From assembly GCA_000002445.1 (NCBI GenBank), contig CM000208.1, positions 3,104,001-3,168,000 on the forward strand: a stretch of DNA of 64,000 nt. The letters are read 5' to 3'. The notes beneath the pieces were generated by a model, which searched no databases, was not told the DNA's origin, and was given only the letters and a program-made list of their open reading frames with translations. The position numbers and the translations under genes are program-made. This DNA comes from Trypanosoma brucei (lineage: Eukaryota). This document shows positions 10,261-20,933 of the stretch, piece after piece (the stretch's first letter is position 1; the number at the start of each line of letters is the position of its first letter).

Positions 10261-11007
10261 AAGTCGCCAATGCTATTGCAACTTTTCCGGGCGATATCGC
10301 ACAGTTGCGGTCAGCAAATACGAATACTAAACTGAAGGGACGTCCGTGCGCCGCGAGTACCTTCCACTGACTTCTTCCTGCAATTAATACCAAACGACTA
10401 ACAGTGCATCGGAAAAAGGGAGTTGGGAAAGGTACCGAGGACAGCGCGGATGGTTTCCCTTATGCAAACAGAGGACACATTAAGGAGCACATCGCTCTCA
10501 ACGATCAAAAACACTTGCTGAGAGAAATGTTCCCCAATCCGTCGCATGAGCTTAATTACGAAGACAAGTAAACGTATAAATATAAATATATATATATAAA
10601 TATATATATATATTATCCCAAAACACGACTTCCATATTGAAACAAACCCTGCTAACGCTACGCTTTATCTACCTTTTAACATCCCCTTCGGCACTAATTG
10701 CATCGGGAAGTGTTGTTTACCGCACAACGTCACTCACTGGAACACGCGCACAGGAAGGCGGAGCATGCTGGAAAGGGATTAATTATGAAACCACAACAAC
10801 TTTATCAGGCAAGGAGGAGGGCGGGGAAAATACACTGGTAAGTGATGCAAAGCGCATTGTAAGAATCACACACGCTATTGCAATAAACAAAAGAGGAGCT
10901 GCGTAACACTTGTAATGTTCCAATTAACCCCATGCACGTTTCGTAAATAGATGTGTTGCGCCAGCCGACAGGCTGTGAATCTGACCACGAATTCGAGCAC
11001 GTACAGA

Positions 11008-12771
11008 TTACGCCTTCTTTGCCTTTCTGTTTTTGTAACACTGACAGCAAAGCGCAACGGATATGGCACCTACAAAGATAAGCAGAAGAAATGTCGCAAG
11101 GAGGAAGCGAAACAACACTTGAAGCAAAGTGCAGTCCGGCCAAACCTGCCCCTGAACCGACTGCATCACGTATGTAACAAAGGGCGTGGGGTAGGTTGGG
11201 GGATAGTGTCGGTCGGGAATGCCAGCACCACGTTCGTCACGTTCTTGGCGAAACATGGTTTCACATTCTTGTTGTTTAGCTAATGTGGCATCCTCAATCC
11301 ACCCATACTCGTTTGCCTTTGCTTTGTATAGTTGACAACCCGACTTATGTGTAAGGGCACTAAGCGGCAGCGTTAGGTGCAGGGCCACTGCTCCATTTTC
11401 AGGAATGCTGTGAATTAGAATGGAAGCGTTCACATCCCTCTCGAATTGCTCTCGACGTTCCTCGTGCGCGCTTGTCTCTGACAACTCAAACCGAGCCTTT
11501 GAATTCGCTGTTAACTTCAACACACCGAAGTTACGCTCAACATAAACCCCAACCCGTCGTCTGCTCGGAAACAGAGACGTGAGGATTGTTGGCAGCGCAA
11601 CGAAACTAGCCGTGCTATGCGTGAGCCCAGAACTTGTGGCCTCTATAATGGGATATCCAAGTGTCCTCATGGCGGCTTTTCGGGTGTCCATCCCGATTTC
11701 ACCCAAGTGGACGTCACCACTCATAAAGATTACCCGATCAGTCCGGAACTGCCGCAGTAGTGCAAAGAGTCGGTCACGGGATCGGGGGAAGGCAGCCCAG
11801 CTTTCCGACACCTTCTCGTCTAACATAATTTGCACACCATTTGCTACCACCGTAAGAGCACAACGCTCACGACCGGTCGCTGGGTTACGCCCCGCCACGT
11901 CGTCCCTAAGTCGCTCTTCCAACCACTGCCACTGTGTTTCACCTAACATATTTCCACTCCGAGTAGCGTTGGATGGATCTCTGAAGTATCGCGCGTCCAG
12001 TAGCAGAAAACAAAAAGCGTTATCATAAAAATGTTTCATTACATTTACCGCAGCGGTTGCTGCGGTGTCACTGCCAGCCGTAGAACTTAACAATTCAACT
12101 GGAACGGCCTCAAAGTGGTAAACTCCTTGCCGCTTTCTCCTTGGATCAGTGCGAGGCACTCCCAGAAAGTCTAAATAGAACTGCTGCATCGCGTCCTTGT
12201 CGGAGAATTCTGCTCCCCCGTCATTCTTTCCCATGTCATGATCATCCCATACGCCGATGACGCGATGCTCCTCCCCTTCCCCTTCCCCTTCCACACGTTT
12301 GCCAACCTCTTCACTAGAAGATGGAATGTTAGTACGTTTTCGCTTAGCAACGCAAGTGTGGCGGAAAGCAACGTATTGCGGGGCGTTAGCTTGATGGACA
12401 AACTTGGCCTGTGCAGCCTTTAAGTCAAGTGGCGGTGGAGTTTTCCGGAGTATCACAGTTCTGTCCGCGTACACGGCGTCACCAGTCCATATCAGTGCAT
12501 CTACCGGGCGCCGCGAAATGCATTGTCCCATTTGTTTGGCTACGGAGCCGTTGAGGCGTTGCTCAACCGTAGTGGCGATGACGTCCCAGTAGTTTTGATC
12601 ACCGTCGTGTCGGTTACAACTGAGAAACACAGCCTGCCCCATGGTGTGGTTTATCCCATACACCTCAGCACCAATGCTTCTCCGCACCGTCGATTGAAGT
12701 GCCAACAGAATGAAGGCGATCAAAACCATTAAAACAACCGGTGCCGTTCTGTAAACGCCTCGCCTTAACAT
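11008..12771 (-). CDS. PhoD-like / calcineurin-like metallophosphoesterase (587 aa), with an N-terminal signal or transmembrane segment and a C-terminal transmembrane segment.
   Basis: Long ORF. The motifs IWTGDAVYADR, WDDHDMGKNDGG and VIFMSGDVHLGEIG resemble the metal-binding motifs of PhoD-family phosphatases (GDxxYxD, WDDHE, GD.H). There are hydrophobic stretches at both termini. Confidence 0.6.
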   Translation of the reverse strand: MLRRGVYRTAPVVLMVLIAFILLALQSTVRRSIGAEVYGINHTMGQAVFLSCNRHDGDQNYWDVIATTVEQRLNGSVAKQMGQCISRRPVDALIWTGDAVYADRTVILRKTPPPLDLKAAQAKFVHQANAPQYVAFRHTCVAKRKRTNIPSSSEEVGKRVEGEGEGEEHRVIGVWDDHDMGKNDGGAEFSDKDAMQQFYLDFLGVPRTDPRRKRQGVYHFEAVPVELLSSTAGSDTAATAAVNVMKHFYDNAFCFLLLDARYFRDPSNATRSGNMLGETQWQWLEERLRDDVAGRNPATGRERCALTVVANGVQIMLDEKVSESWAAFPRSRDRLFALLRQFRTDRVIFMSGDVHLGEIGMDTRKAAMRTLGYPIIEATSSGLTHSTASFVALPTILTSLFPSRRRVGVYVERNFGVLKLTANSKARFELSETSAHEERREQFERDVNASILIHSIPENGAVALHLTLPLSALTHKSGCQLYKAKANEYGWIEDATLAKQQECETMFRQERDERGAGIPDRHYPPTYPTPFVTYVMQSVQGQVWPDCTLLQVLFRFLLATFLLLIFVGAISVALCCQCYKNRKAKKA

Positions 12772-13885
12772 TCTTTTCTTCGGTCTACTTGACCCCTCTC
12801 CCGCGTTATTTATGACCGCTTAAACGTTGGAAAATCTCAAAAAAAAAAAGACTCGATAAAAGACCCACCAGCATGCATTTGCACTGGCTTTATTCAGATG
12901 ATATTCCCAGTAAACAAAAAGTTATGATAAAACTAGGACCGGGCAACTAAAACGTCACTAAATGGGCACGGAACTCAATTCACACTCAAACCAGGTCCAT
13001 GTAGCGTCAAATTGTATCGACTTTATCAGCGCACGTCTGTGTGATCGGTGACACAATTGAAATCTACACAATCATGGTAACGCGTGTCACCTGCTTCAAC
13101 CAAAGCCACTTCTCCCAATTCAACACCATCGTTGCTTCGGGTGGAAACAGGGGAGAAAAAGCGATTTCCATATGTGATAAATTGGTGTTTGTCCTTCACA
13201 GTTTTTTCGTCCCTCACCCCCCCCCCAAATAAAAAAACAACAATTTTTAGCAGTGTGATCATGAAAAAACAAAAAAAACACACTTGCGCTCGTCACTACA
13301 TCATGCATGCCCGCACTGACTTCTTCTATCCCCCCTTTTTTATTTCACACGTATATTTTTAAAGGGGTGCGCGAGCATAGACAACTTTGCGTATGGTTAT
13401 TTTGGTACGCTTTGATGATGAGTGTGTTCAGATGATCGGCGCCCTCGCCCTACCTGCCATACATATACCATTGGTACTTATCCATACATGTATGTCTTTG
13501 CTTTTCTACGTATCATTTCGTTCGCACATGCCCTTGCAGAGATGTGAGGAAAAAGTGTTTGAAGTCAGGTGGGAATTGCTTGTGGTGAATCTTTCGGAGA
13601 AACACGCAAAAAATAACAGTGATGATAATTGTTCTAACATTCACATGGAAACATGTGGTTTAGCCAACGAAGAGGTGTGCGCGCTCGAGGGGCGCTGAAA
13701 ATGTTCTCCAACCCAGTGCCCTGGCCCATGACGTCACATTGCCATCACCAAATTTTCTAGAAGGAATGCAATAGACAAAGAGCAACTAAAAAAAAAAAAA
13801 AGCAAACAAAAAACAAAATATAAACACATTACGTTGTAGAGAAGACGAAATTAGCATTGTATTCGATTTTCGCAGTCTAATATAT

Positions 13886-15202
13886 CTAGTGAGCCAATAG
13901 TGACATCTGTTTTTTCAGTGCCTTCCATTCTAGTTTCTCCTTCTCAAGAACAGTAACTGCATTCGTTGCCTCCTTGAGCTTCGTCTCTTGCCTCTTGACA
14001 TTAATATCGTGCTCTTTGAGCCGCTTGGCGACATCCTCTTCCAACTCCTCGTACCGCCTGTGCATCCTTAGAGCATACCTTTCCATGGTTGCCACTTGCC
14101 TGCGGAGGCCGTCCAGTTCCGGATCGTTGGAGACTCGGGGGAGATATTCCCCCGTGAACCTCGCCGGATCTGTCGTTCTAGTTGCATTTGTTTCGACTGG
14201 GCTCAGTATTTCTTCACCATTCACCAAACGTGGCGATGCAAGTTCCTGCTTCTCAGTATCAGCTTCCACTCGCACCGACGTGCCGTCGCCCTTTTCATCT
14301 CCGCACTTCTTTTCACCTTCCAGTGGATCGGAGTGCCGATTCTCTGCAATCAATAAGTTACCGTTGAGCAACAGTCCATTGTTTTGAGATGTTTTGTTGT
14401 GCCTGCGCAGCCGACTCTGAAGCTCACTGCGCTCTTCAAGTGCACGTTGGATGGCAATTCGGAGTTCCGCCACCTCCGCTTCTGCTGCCTCTCCCATAGC
14501 TTGCAACATGCTGCGACCGCTGCGTTGCATACTTCCCACTTCCTGTTTATATTCGTGTTCGATGCGGCTCAGAGTCCTTTCCTGCAACACCATCTGCTGT
14601 GTATATGTTTCTATGCACTCCACCTGCATGGCGAGTTCTACTTCACGATCACGAGCCATTCGGCTCATCTTGCGAATACTTTGGTGGAACACGGTGGCGG
14701 GGTGATCTAGGGCGTGCGACATGCTGCTTCGGAAAAAGCGGTAGATGCCGTTCGCATTGCGGCGTAATAAGTTGATGTTCTCCCATTCCTCAACCGATGG
14801 CGTACAGTCGCATTCCGTGTCGTTATTCAATTCCTCGTCTGACTGCGTGCGCGACTTTCCCAATGCCGTTTCCACATCACTGAGTTGCTGCAACAACATG
14901 TCCCGACGCCTCTGCTGGTGAAGGAGTTGCGTTTTCCTTTCGAAAAGCATGCCCTCGAGCATATCGAGGTGCTCGATGGAGTGTAAATAACTCCGCACGG
15001 CATCCGTCTCAGCGTTGACTTCCTTTACTCGTTCCAAAATCATTCCCTTTTTTCTATCTAAATCGTTGATCTGATCTTTCAGCTGGCTAAGGAGGGATTC
15101 CTTTTGCCTTTGCTCTACTTCCATGTCCTCCTCTCTCTGTTTTAAAGCTGCAAGCTTTTGTTGAGCAGCTTCAATTTTTCTTTCCAACTCATCGTCTTTC
15201 AT
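13886..15202 (-). CDS. Coiled-coil protein (438 aa), hypothetical.
   Basis: Long ORF in the PTU orientation. It has heptad-like, charged, Q/E/R/L-rich sequence throughout, for example LKQREEDMEVEQRQKESLLSQLKDQINDLDRKK. No catalytic motif. Confidence 0.6.
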   Translation of the reverse strand: MKDDELERKIEAAQQKLAALKQREEDMEVEQRQKESLLSQLKDQINDLDRKKGMILERVKEVNAETDAVRSYLHSIEHLDMLEGMLFERKTQLLHQQRRRDMLLQQLSDVETALGKSRTQSDEELNNDTECDCTPSVEEWENINLLRRNANGIYRFFRSSMSHALDHPATVFHQSIRKMSRMARDREVELAMQVECIETYTQQMVLQERTLSRIEHEYKQEVGSMQRSGRSMLQAMGEAAEAEVAELRIAIQRALEERSELQSRLRRHNKTSQNNGLLLNGNLLIAENRHSDPLEGEKKCGDEKGDGTSVRVEADTEKQELASPRLVNGEEILSPVETNATRTTDPARFTGEYLPRVSNDPELDGLRRQVATMERYALRMHRRYEELEEDVAKRLKEHDINVKRQETKLKEATNAVTVLEKEKLEWKALKKQMSLLAH

Positions 15203-15941
15203 TCTGTGTAGTGGAGCCGCAAGACTGAAACCCTAGTGCTCTCCGTCAACGGTAATTTTTTTTTTTAAAAGAAATGTAATCTATAACCTGTTGGGGGCTG
15301 TTGCTGCTACGAGATGTTACATGAGTACATCAAATACAAACAAACATATACATAATAAAGCAGAAGAGATGGAGGAATACAAGACTTGAGACTTACGCAT
15401 GCACCAAACAAGGTGCAAAAATAAATGACCTCTTTGAGAAGCGTAGAGATTCCTCACCACGGTTAACAACAAGGTGGGGGAGGGTGGGAATGGGAGAGGA
15501 AGTAGTCGTTGGTGTCTGAGGAGGATGGGGAATAAATAACTGTATTATCTAATCACTCCTCTTCCGCCTCTTTATTTCCTCCTTTTCATGTAATATGTAC
15601 ATTTAATGTCCAAAAAAAAAAAAAAGAAACACACACACACACACACACAAGGGCGAAGGCTAAGAAGGTTAGAGAAGTGTGGCTTTTATCTGCCTGCTTA
15701 CATGCGGAAAACGAGGAGAGTTTAAGCGGGCACATCGCGCCAGAAAAATCCAATGCATATCCCCTCGCTCTTATCTACTTGAACACTCTAATCGTAGATG
15801 AAATGTAACCTTTAAAAGCCAGTAAAGCTTCTCAACAAAGAACTGCTAGCACCAACTTTGTACCCGACAGCACTCTTCTTCTTTTTTTTTTCCTCGCCTC
15901 ATTCCTCAACTAATAAAACCTCATAACGCAACTCAGTTACT

Positions 15942-16298
15942 CTACGCACTAACACCATTTGCATTGGGGACAGCATCTCCACTCTCCACCTGCTGAATGA
16001 CAATCAGGAGATATTTCGTGTCGGGTGCGACGAGTACTTCATGTTTTTTCGTCCGAACGCGAAGGAAGAGAAGTTCATTGTTGTTATCTATTTCAAGCAC
16101 AGCATTTCGGGCTTTCATGGCTAAACTTTGGAACAATGCACTGTACTGCACTGCGAGGAGCCGTGAGTGCTCTTGAAACGTGTGACGAATAGGGATTCCA
16201 TCCGTGTTGACGATGATTATACCCTGAACACCTGGATGGTTTGTAATTTGCTTCAGTAGTTCTTCAATGTCGCCGCTCCCGCCTCCAATTGCAGCCAT
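15942..16298 (-). CDS. Dynein light chain, Roadblock/LC7 family (118 aa).
   Basis: GVQGIIIVNTDGIPIRHTF...YSALFQSLAMKARNAVLEIDNNNELLFLRVRTKKHEVLVAPDTKYLLIVIQQ lines up closely with DYNLRB (GVQGIIVVNTEGIPIKST...[26 protein letters not shown]). The size is typical for the family. Confidence 0.8.
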   Translation of the reverse strand: MAAIGGGSGDIEELLKQITNHPGVQGIIIVNTDGIPIRHTFQEHSRLLAVQYSALFQSLAMKARNAVLEIDNNNELLFLRVRTKKHEVLVAPDTKYLLIVIQQVESGDAVPNANGVSA

Positions 16299-17013
16299 TT
16301 TTGCTTAAATGTATCCTTGTTCTTTTTTTTTTCTCTCCACCCTTCCTTTAGGTTTCGTTTTCTTCTCGTAGACCCCGCTTGGGTCCCCTTTTCTTTTCTG
16401 TGATTGTATGATTTGCGCTTATGGTTGCGCCACCTCTCCAATTGAGTTTGGTGAACCTGCTGATGTCGAAGGAAGAATTAAGGCAAAGGTAACAAATCTG
16501 ATATAGTTTTATAAGAAGGGCATTACTAAACCGTACATATACGCAACATTTCCCTCTCCCTCGTAATTGACGGGTGACACACAAGTACGATATGTAGAGG
16601 TTAAACAAACAAATAAACACACACAGATAGACACACACCGTAAAGGGAGAGAGTATTATTTAATGGTGATTAAACCTCACTTTATCAGATGTAAACACAC
16701 CACTTGCGGAACCTCACTGGGGTTCATGTAGAAGTGGCGCCTCTGTACACGCAATGAGGCATCGTACTCGCTTTTAATTCTCTTTCTTTTCTTTTTCTTC
16801 ACAGAAAAAAAAACTATATGCACATCATTTAATCCAAGGTTATACACCTATGAAACCGATGGTGTTGCCGTTAAACGTGTTTGTATATCATTTCGATGCT
16901 ATAACTGCCAGGGAAATTGATGGTACGGTGGCGAAATAACGCTCTTCAGGCAGTTGCGAGACACTCCAAAATTTGTGAGTTGGTTGCGAGGGCGACATTC
17001 AGACATTCTGGCA

Positions 17014-17050
<37 letters not shown>
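17014..17050. repeat. (TA)n microsatellite of ~18 units with one interruption. Others lie at 10575-10614 (TA/TAAA-rich) and 54781-54802 ((TA)11).
   Basis: Read directly. All three are intergenic. Confidence 0.9.
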
Positions 17051-17052
<2 letters not shown>

Positions 17053-17140
17053 AATATAACCTATCAGCAACAGTGCGGAATAGATGGATATCACAGCAAC
17101 GTGTACCACACCATTTCTCCTCCCCCCCACCCCCCCCGCT

Positions 17141-18346
17141 TCATATTTGTTTCCAGAGTTCTCGGTCACTTCCGAGCTTCGTTAACTCAAATACTGACGA
17201 GAAAACCACGCCACCCACAACTGATGCGCCTACGTTTGCAACAGTACCCTTAAACAACCCTCGCCATCCCTCCGCTGATAAAAGGTCACGTACTACAGTA
17301 CGCAAAGAGGTGTACTGGGCGCCCTTGACAGCTCCAGAAACTGTAGGGAGAGCCTGCATCCTCGTATGTAGCACATCAACGGGATTAAATAAAAACGATG
17401 TTACGCAACTTGCGACCACACCCGCAAAGGCGTTCAGTGCGGGGTTGTCTGTTGGGGAAAGAAGCCAATTTTGCTGCCATGGTGACTTTTTCTCCCCAAC
17501 GAGGCTCATCTCCCGCTCCCAGCGCGAGAGGGTTGGTTCTGCCATTGTATATAGAATAGCTTTTGACCTGCTGTAGAGTGCCCACCACACGCCACTTGCG
17601 GGGAGTGTCATGATACCGGGCAGAAGCCCAGCGTAGAGACCACGCAATTTGTATCGAGCAGTGCCCCAACTTGTACCGATGCCGGGTTGCTTGTAGAGAT
17701 TACTGACCTCCCGTAAAGTGTCACGGAGTGATCCGTAGGTGTTGCTGCTACTCATGCCATACCCCGCAGTCATTTGGCGGTTGCACACAACCACAATGGG
17801 AGTTACAAGAAGAAGTGATGCTAGCTCCCCCGCCATGCCACCCACAGCTGCTGAGAAACTGTTGGTCCGGAAATCACGGCCGCGCTCAGGAGCAACGTTC
17901 GCGTCGGCGAATGCGACATCCAGTGCCTCTTTCGTCCATTCCATCGTGTGGAGATAGACCAGTTCGCCTATAAGGTTTCCTATCATTGCCGCCCCAACAC
18001 CACGATAAATAGCCCGAAGACCCCTCACTTTCTTACTCGAGTTGTTGCCACCGCCCACTTCACCACGGTATGCAGAGGCTATGATGGAGAATACGGATGG
18101 AGGTTTCGCTTCCCTTGTGATGCGCTTACGGGATATGGCAAGGTAAAGTGGATGCAGCAGCAACGTTCGTAGCATTGCGTTAAAGCTGACTAACACAAAC
18201 CATGTATCTTTGTGAAGATCAGAGAAACTGCGGTTCACTGCATTTCTAGACAGTGACGTTGGTGACGGTGCGCTAGACGGATACTCAACCTTTGATGAAC
18301 TACCAGATGTAATGTCGTCAACGGCAGCGATGTTGGTGATACTCAT
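17141..18346 (-). CDS. Mitochondrial carrier family protein (401 aa, with an N-terminal extension).
   Basis: Repeated carrier signatures such as PVDVLHTRMQ (Px[DE]xx[KR]xR-like), glycine-rich transmembrane helices (GLYAGLLPG, GVGAAMIGNLIGE), and a tripartite arrangement. Confidence 0.7.
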   Translation of the reverse strand: MSITNIAAVDDITSGSSSKVEYPSSAPSPTSLSRNAVNRSFSDLHKDTWFVLVSFNAMLRTLLLHPLYLAISRKRITREAKPPSVFSIIASAYRGEVGGGNNSSKKVRGLRAIYRGVGAAMIGNLIGELVYLHTMEWTKEALDVAFADANVAPERGRDFRTNSFSAAVGGMAGELASLLLVTPIVVVCNRQMTAGYGMSSSNTYGSLRDTLREVSNLYKQPGIGTSWGTARYKLRGLYAGLLPGIMTLPASGVWWALYSRSKAILYTMAEPTLSRWEREMSLVGEKKSPWQQNWLLSPTDNPALNAFAGVVASCVTSFLFNPVDVLHTRMQALPTVSGAVKGAQYTSLRTVVRDLLSAEGWRGLFKGTVANVGASVVGGVVFSSVFELTKLGSDRELWKQI

Positions 18347-18910
18347 CTAACTTAATGTGAGGACGTCCACTATGTTTTTTTTTTAAAGGTGAAAACAAAC
18401 ACACACTGTTCCCAATTTATGTGTACAATGCTGAAGGGTACAAGAGAACTTTTTTTATTGATTTTTTTTGTTTTTAATAAAGCAGGGAGGGGGGGGCAAA
18501 GCAGCGCTAGTCCCGAGCCCAATAAAAATGTCATTTGATTAACTGCATGCAAAGACAGGTAAACGAAGTGGGGTTAAAAGGGGAAAAGGAGCGGAAGGAA
18601 AGGTTCCTCCTCCTCCCTCCGACTCCCAAAGTTTATTGGATTTTCACTGTTATCGATATCGCTAAAGCTGCTAAAAAAAATATGTTCGCAGACAAGAGAG
18701 GGCAAATGTGAGCCTCACATTGAAAAATAAACTCCATAAATCCGTTTTGTACTCTACAAAAAAAAAACAGCCATAGAGCTGTTGTCAGCGCTGCAAGCAG
18801 TGGTAAACACATATGCCCAGCATCAGATAATGCAAGTACTTGTGTGTACCACACTTTCCTAACCTCCCCCCCTTTTCTCTTTAGATGTGACAGGTAAGCT
18901 GTTTTATCAC

Positions 18911-20368
18911 CTACTCGACTACCACAACCTCATTGTCAAGAACGCGTCCGTTCCCAATGATCAGAGGCTCTTCCTTCAAATTTTTAATAACCACATTCCC
19001 TCTAACGGAAACGTCGGCACCAAATTCCACCAATCCACGGACGGTAAGTGATGTGCATTGTCGCAAGGATGGCACTCCTCCCTTCACAAGCTTTTCGAAT
19101 CCGTCAATCATCTTGTAATGCTCACCGTCAAGATCAATAGCTGGTGGCTTTCCATTTCGCTCCTCACACAGAACAAGACGCTGATCCTCCGTCACCTGAT
19201 ACGCATCAGACCTTAACGCAAGTAGATCACTGCAAGTCTTCACAGGTGCAAACCGCTCCCTTGGAACCACTACTGCTTCCGATCTATCAAATAGAGAAAT
19301 TGCGGCACCCATCGCCACCTCCAGCTGGTACACCTTCGTTGATTGACTGTCCTGCGGGTTCACCGTCTTGGGGTTTCGCATCACTGGAAGCCGCAGCACT
19401 CCCAACTGCTCGTCCATCATCTTCTTCAATTCCATGAGATTTATCCAAATGTTGTTCGTATTAAAGAAACAGTGCTTCGCGATGTTTTGAAAGCTATCCT
19501 CATCTTCTTTTGGACACTGAGCAGATTCGCGAAGAACAAAACGTCGTCGCGTTTGTCCAGTAGTCTCGTCAATGACATCCTTGTACGCCAAGTGGCCTCC
19601 CTTTTTGTCTGACTCCGTACGGCGACACACCTCCATGAGAAACCCCAGCTGTTTTTCGTGCATATAGTCCAGAAGCCTCACATCTAGTGTCGCGCCAAGG
19701 TTGTCTCCGTTTGATATAAACATGTAGCGGTAGCCTTTGCCCAACAGGTAATCCAACTTACCACTACTGTAAAGCACCGTATATACGTCCCCGTGTCCTG
19801 GTGGTACCCACTCGCACGTTGGGTCAGCCTCGTAGGTGACGGGAAAGAAATTGTCTTGCCTTATCTTGGGCACTCTGTTTTGCATGAGTTCGATGTCTGA
19901 GTCAAACACCTCGTACAAGGTAGGATACTTCCGAAGAAAATTCTTAGTTTCTCCCGATGTGGAAAACGAGTTCATCAGCATAAACGGCACGTTACAGTTA
20001 CGCACTTGACGAAAATGCTCCAACTGCAGGGCTGTGAAGTCAAGAAACGTCTGGCCATTCTTCACCTGTAGCAGGCTCTTGGGGCCGTTCAACCCCATCC
20101 CGGTACCAAGACCGCCGTTGAGTTTAAGAACGACCGCTTGTCGCAGTAACGCAGTGTTTTCTCCCTTCGTTTCGATACCCTGAAGGAAGGGAAGAGATTC
20201 CACCGGAAATATTGACTTCTCGGGTATATAGCCGGTTTCTCCTTTCCGGACAAGAGCGTGTTGGATGAGGAAAATATGAATACACTTCTCCTCAACACCT
20301 GATGCCTGCATTTTTTCCAAGCAGGCCAAAGCTGCCCCTGAAAAGGCTGAAGGAGGGTTTAGCGGCAT
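18911..20368 (-). CDS. UGP: UTP-glucose-1-phosphate uridylyltransferase (UDP-glucose pyrophosphorylase), 485 aa.
   Basis: LKLNGGLGTGMG nucleotide-binding loop, NSFSTSGETKNFL, VPPGHGDVY, and a C-terminal left-handed beta-helix region typical of eukaryotic UGPase. The ORF-track ORF (18911-20521) begins inside an upstream (TTG)n repeat that translates as poly-Cys. The first credible start is the Met of MPLNPPSAF, the cat triplet at 20366-20368. Confidence 0.85.
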   Translation of the reverse strand: MPLNPPSAFSGAALACLEKMQASGVEEKCIHIFLIQHALVRKGETGYIPEKSIFPVESLPFLQGIETKGENTALLRQAVVLKLNGGLGTGMGLNGPKSLLQVKNGQTFLDFTALQLEHFRQVRNCNVPFMLMNSFSTSGETKNFLRKYPTLYEVFDSDIELMQNRVPKIRQDNFFPVTYEADPTCEWVPPGHGDVYTVLYSSGKLDYLLGKGYRYMFISNGDNLGATLDVRLLDYMHEKQLGFLMEVCRRTESDKKGGHLAYKDVIDETTGQTRRRFVLRESAQCPKEDEDSFQNIAKHCFFNTNNIWINLMELKKMMDEQLGVLRLPVMRNPKTVNPQDSQSTKVYQLEVAMGAAISLFDRSEAVVVPRERFAPVKTCSDLLALRSDAYQVTEDQRLVLCEERNGKPPAIDLDGEHYKMIDGFEKLVKGGVPSLRQCTSLTVRGLVEFGADVSVRGNVVIKNLKEEPLIIGNGRVLDNEVVVVE

Positions 20369-20468
20369 CGTGTGACACAACAGCACACACTGACACCGTT
20401 CCGAGGTATCTGATCTTATGAGCTTGCGTATTTTTCTGTTCGTTCTGAATTGTGTGCGCGTTTTTAAA

Positions 20469-20470
<2 letters not shown>

Positions 20471-20557
<87 letters not shown>
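20471..20557. repeat. Compound microsatellite (ACA/CAA)14 followed by (TCAA)11, in the 5' flank of UGP. On the coding strand it reads (TTGA)11(TTG)14.
   Basis: Read directly. This repeat creates the spurious poly-Cys, poly-Gln and poly-Asn ORFs in the track. Confidence 0.95.
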
Positions 20558-20831
20558 GCAACAAACATTCCAAGAAAAGGATGAGAGAAGGAAGTGCACG
20601 AAGTGACAACAAGGAAAGCAAAAGGTCGCTACCACCACACACACACACACACACACATGTGCATACTTCCCCAATCACTGGTCATTTTACGTGAATTCTT
20701 CCTGTTGAAAATCATACTGCATTAAATTTATTCCCTCTAAAAGGAAACAACATACGGTAACGCGAGAGTGACTTTAACTGGTCCTGCTACTGTGTATTTG
20801 AAACTGCCACCACATCAGGACTGACGCACCG

Positions 20832-20933
20832 AGCGATTATTCCTTTTTTTTTTTGTGTGTGTGTGTATGTGTGTGAGTGTGTGTTCGTTAACCCCCCCCC
20901 CTACACACACACACAAAAAAAGGAATAATCGCT
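20832..20933. repeat. ~100-bp imperfect palindrome: agcgattattcc-T11-(GT)n ... C10 ... (AC)n-A7-ggaataatcgct. It directly abuts the stop codon of the 181-aa gene (TAG at 20932-20934).
   Basis: The outer 12-bp arms are exact reverse complements (20832-20843 vs 20922-20933). The inner T-run/(GT)n pairs with (AC)n/A-run. The central loop contains C10. Confidence 0.9.

Noticed and set aside
16917-17576. 219-aa plus-strand ORF containing IYIYIYIY
   Set aside because: It overlaps the mitochondrial carrier gene on the opposite strand and contains the (TA)n microsatellite, so it is spurious.
20466-20557. Possible CRISPR-like or tandem-repeat array
   Set aside because: This is a simple 3- and 4-nt microsatellite with no spacers, in a eukaryotic (kinetoplastid) context. 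I found no CRISPR arrays, operons or prokaryotic defence systems anywhere in the window.
20418-20694. Plus-strand ORFs encoding poly-Gln/poly-Asn and (SINQ)n peptides, and the poly-Cys N-terminal extension of the UGP ORF
   Set aside because: They are translations of the (CAA)14(TCAA)11 microsatellite in different frames. They lie in the intergenic region upstream of UGP on the wrong strand for the PTU, so they are artefacts rather than genes.
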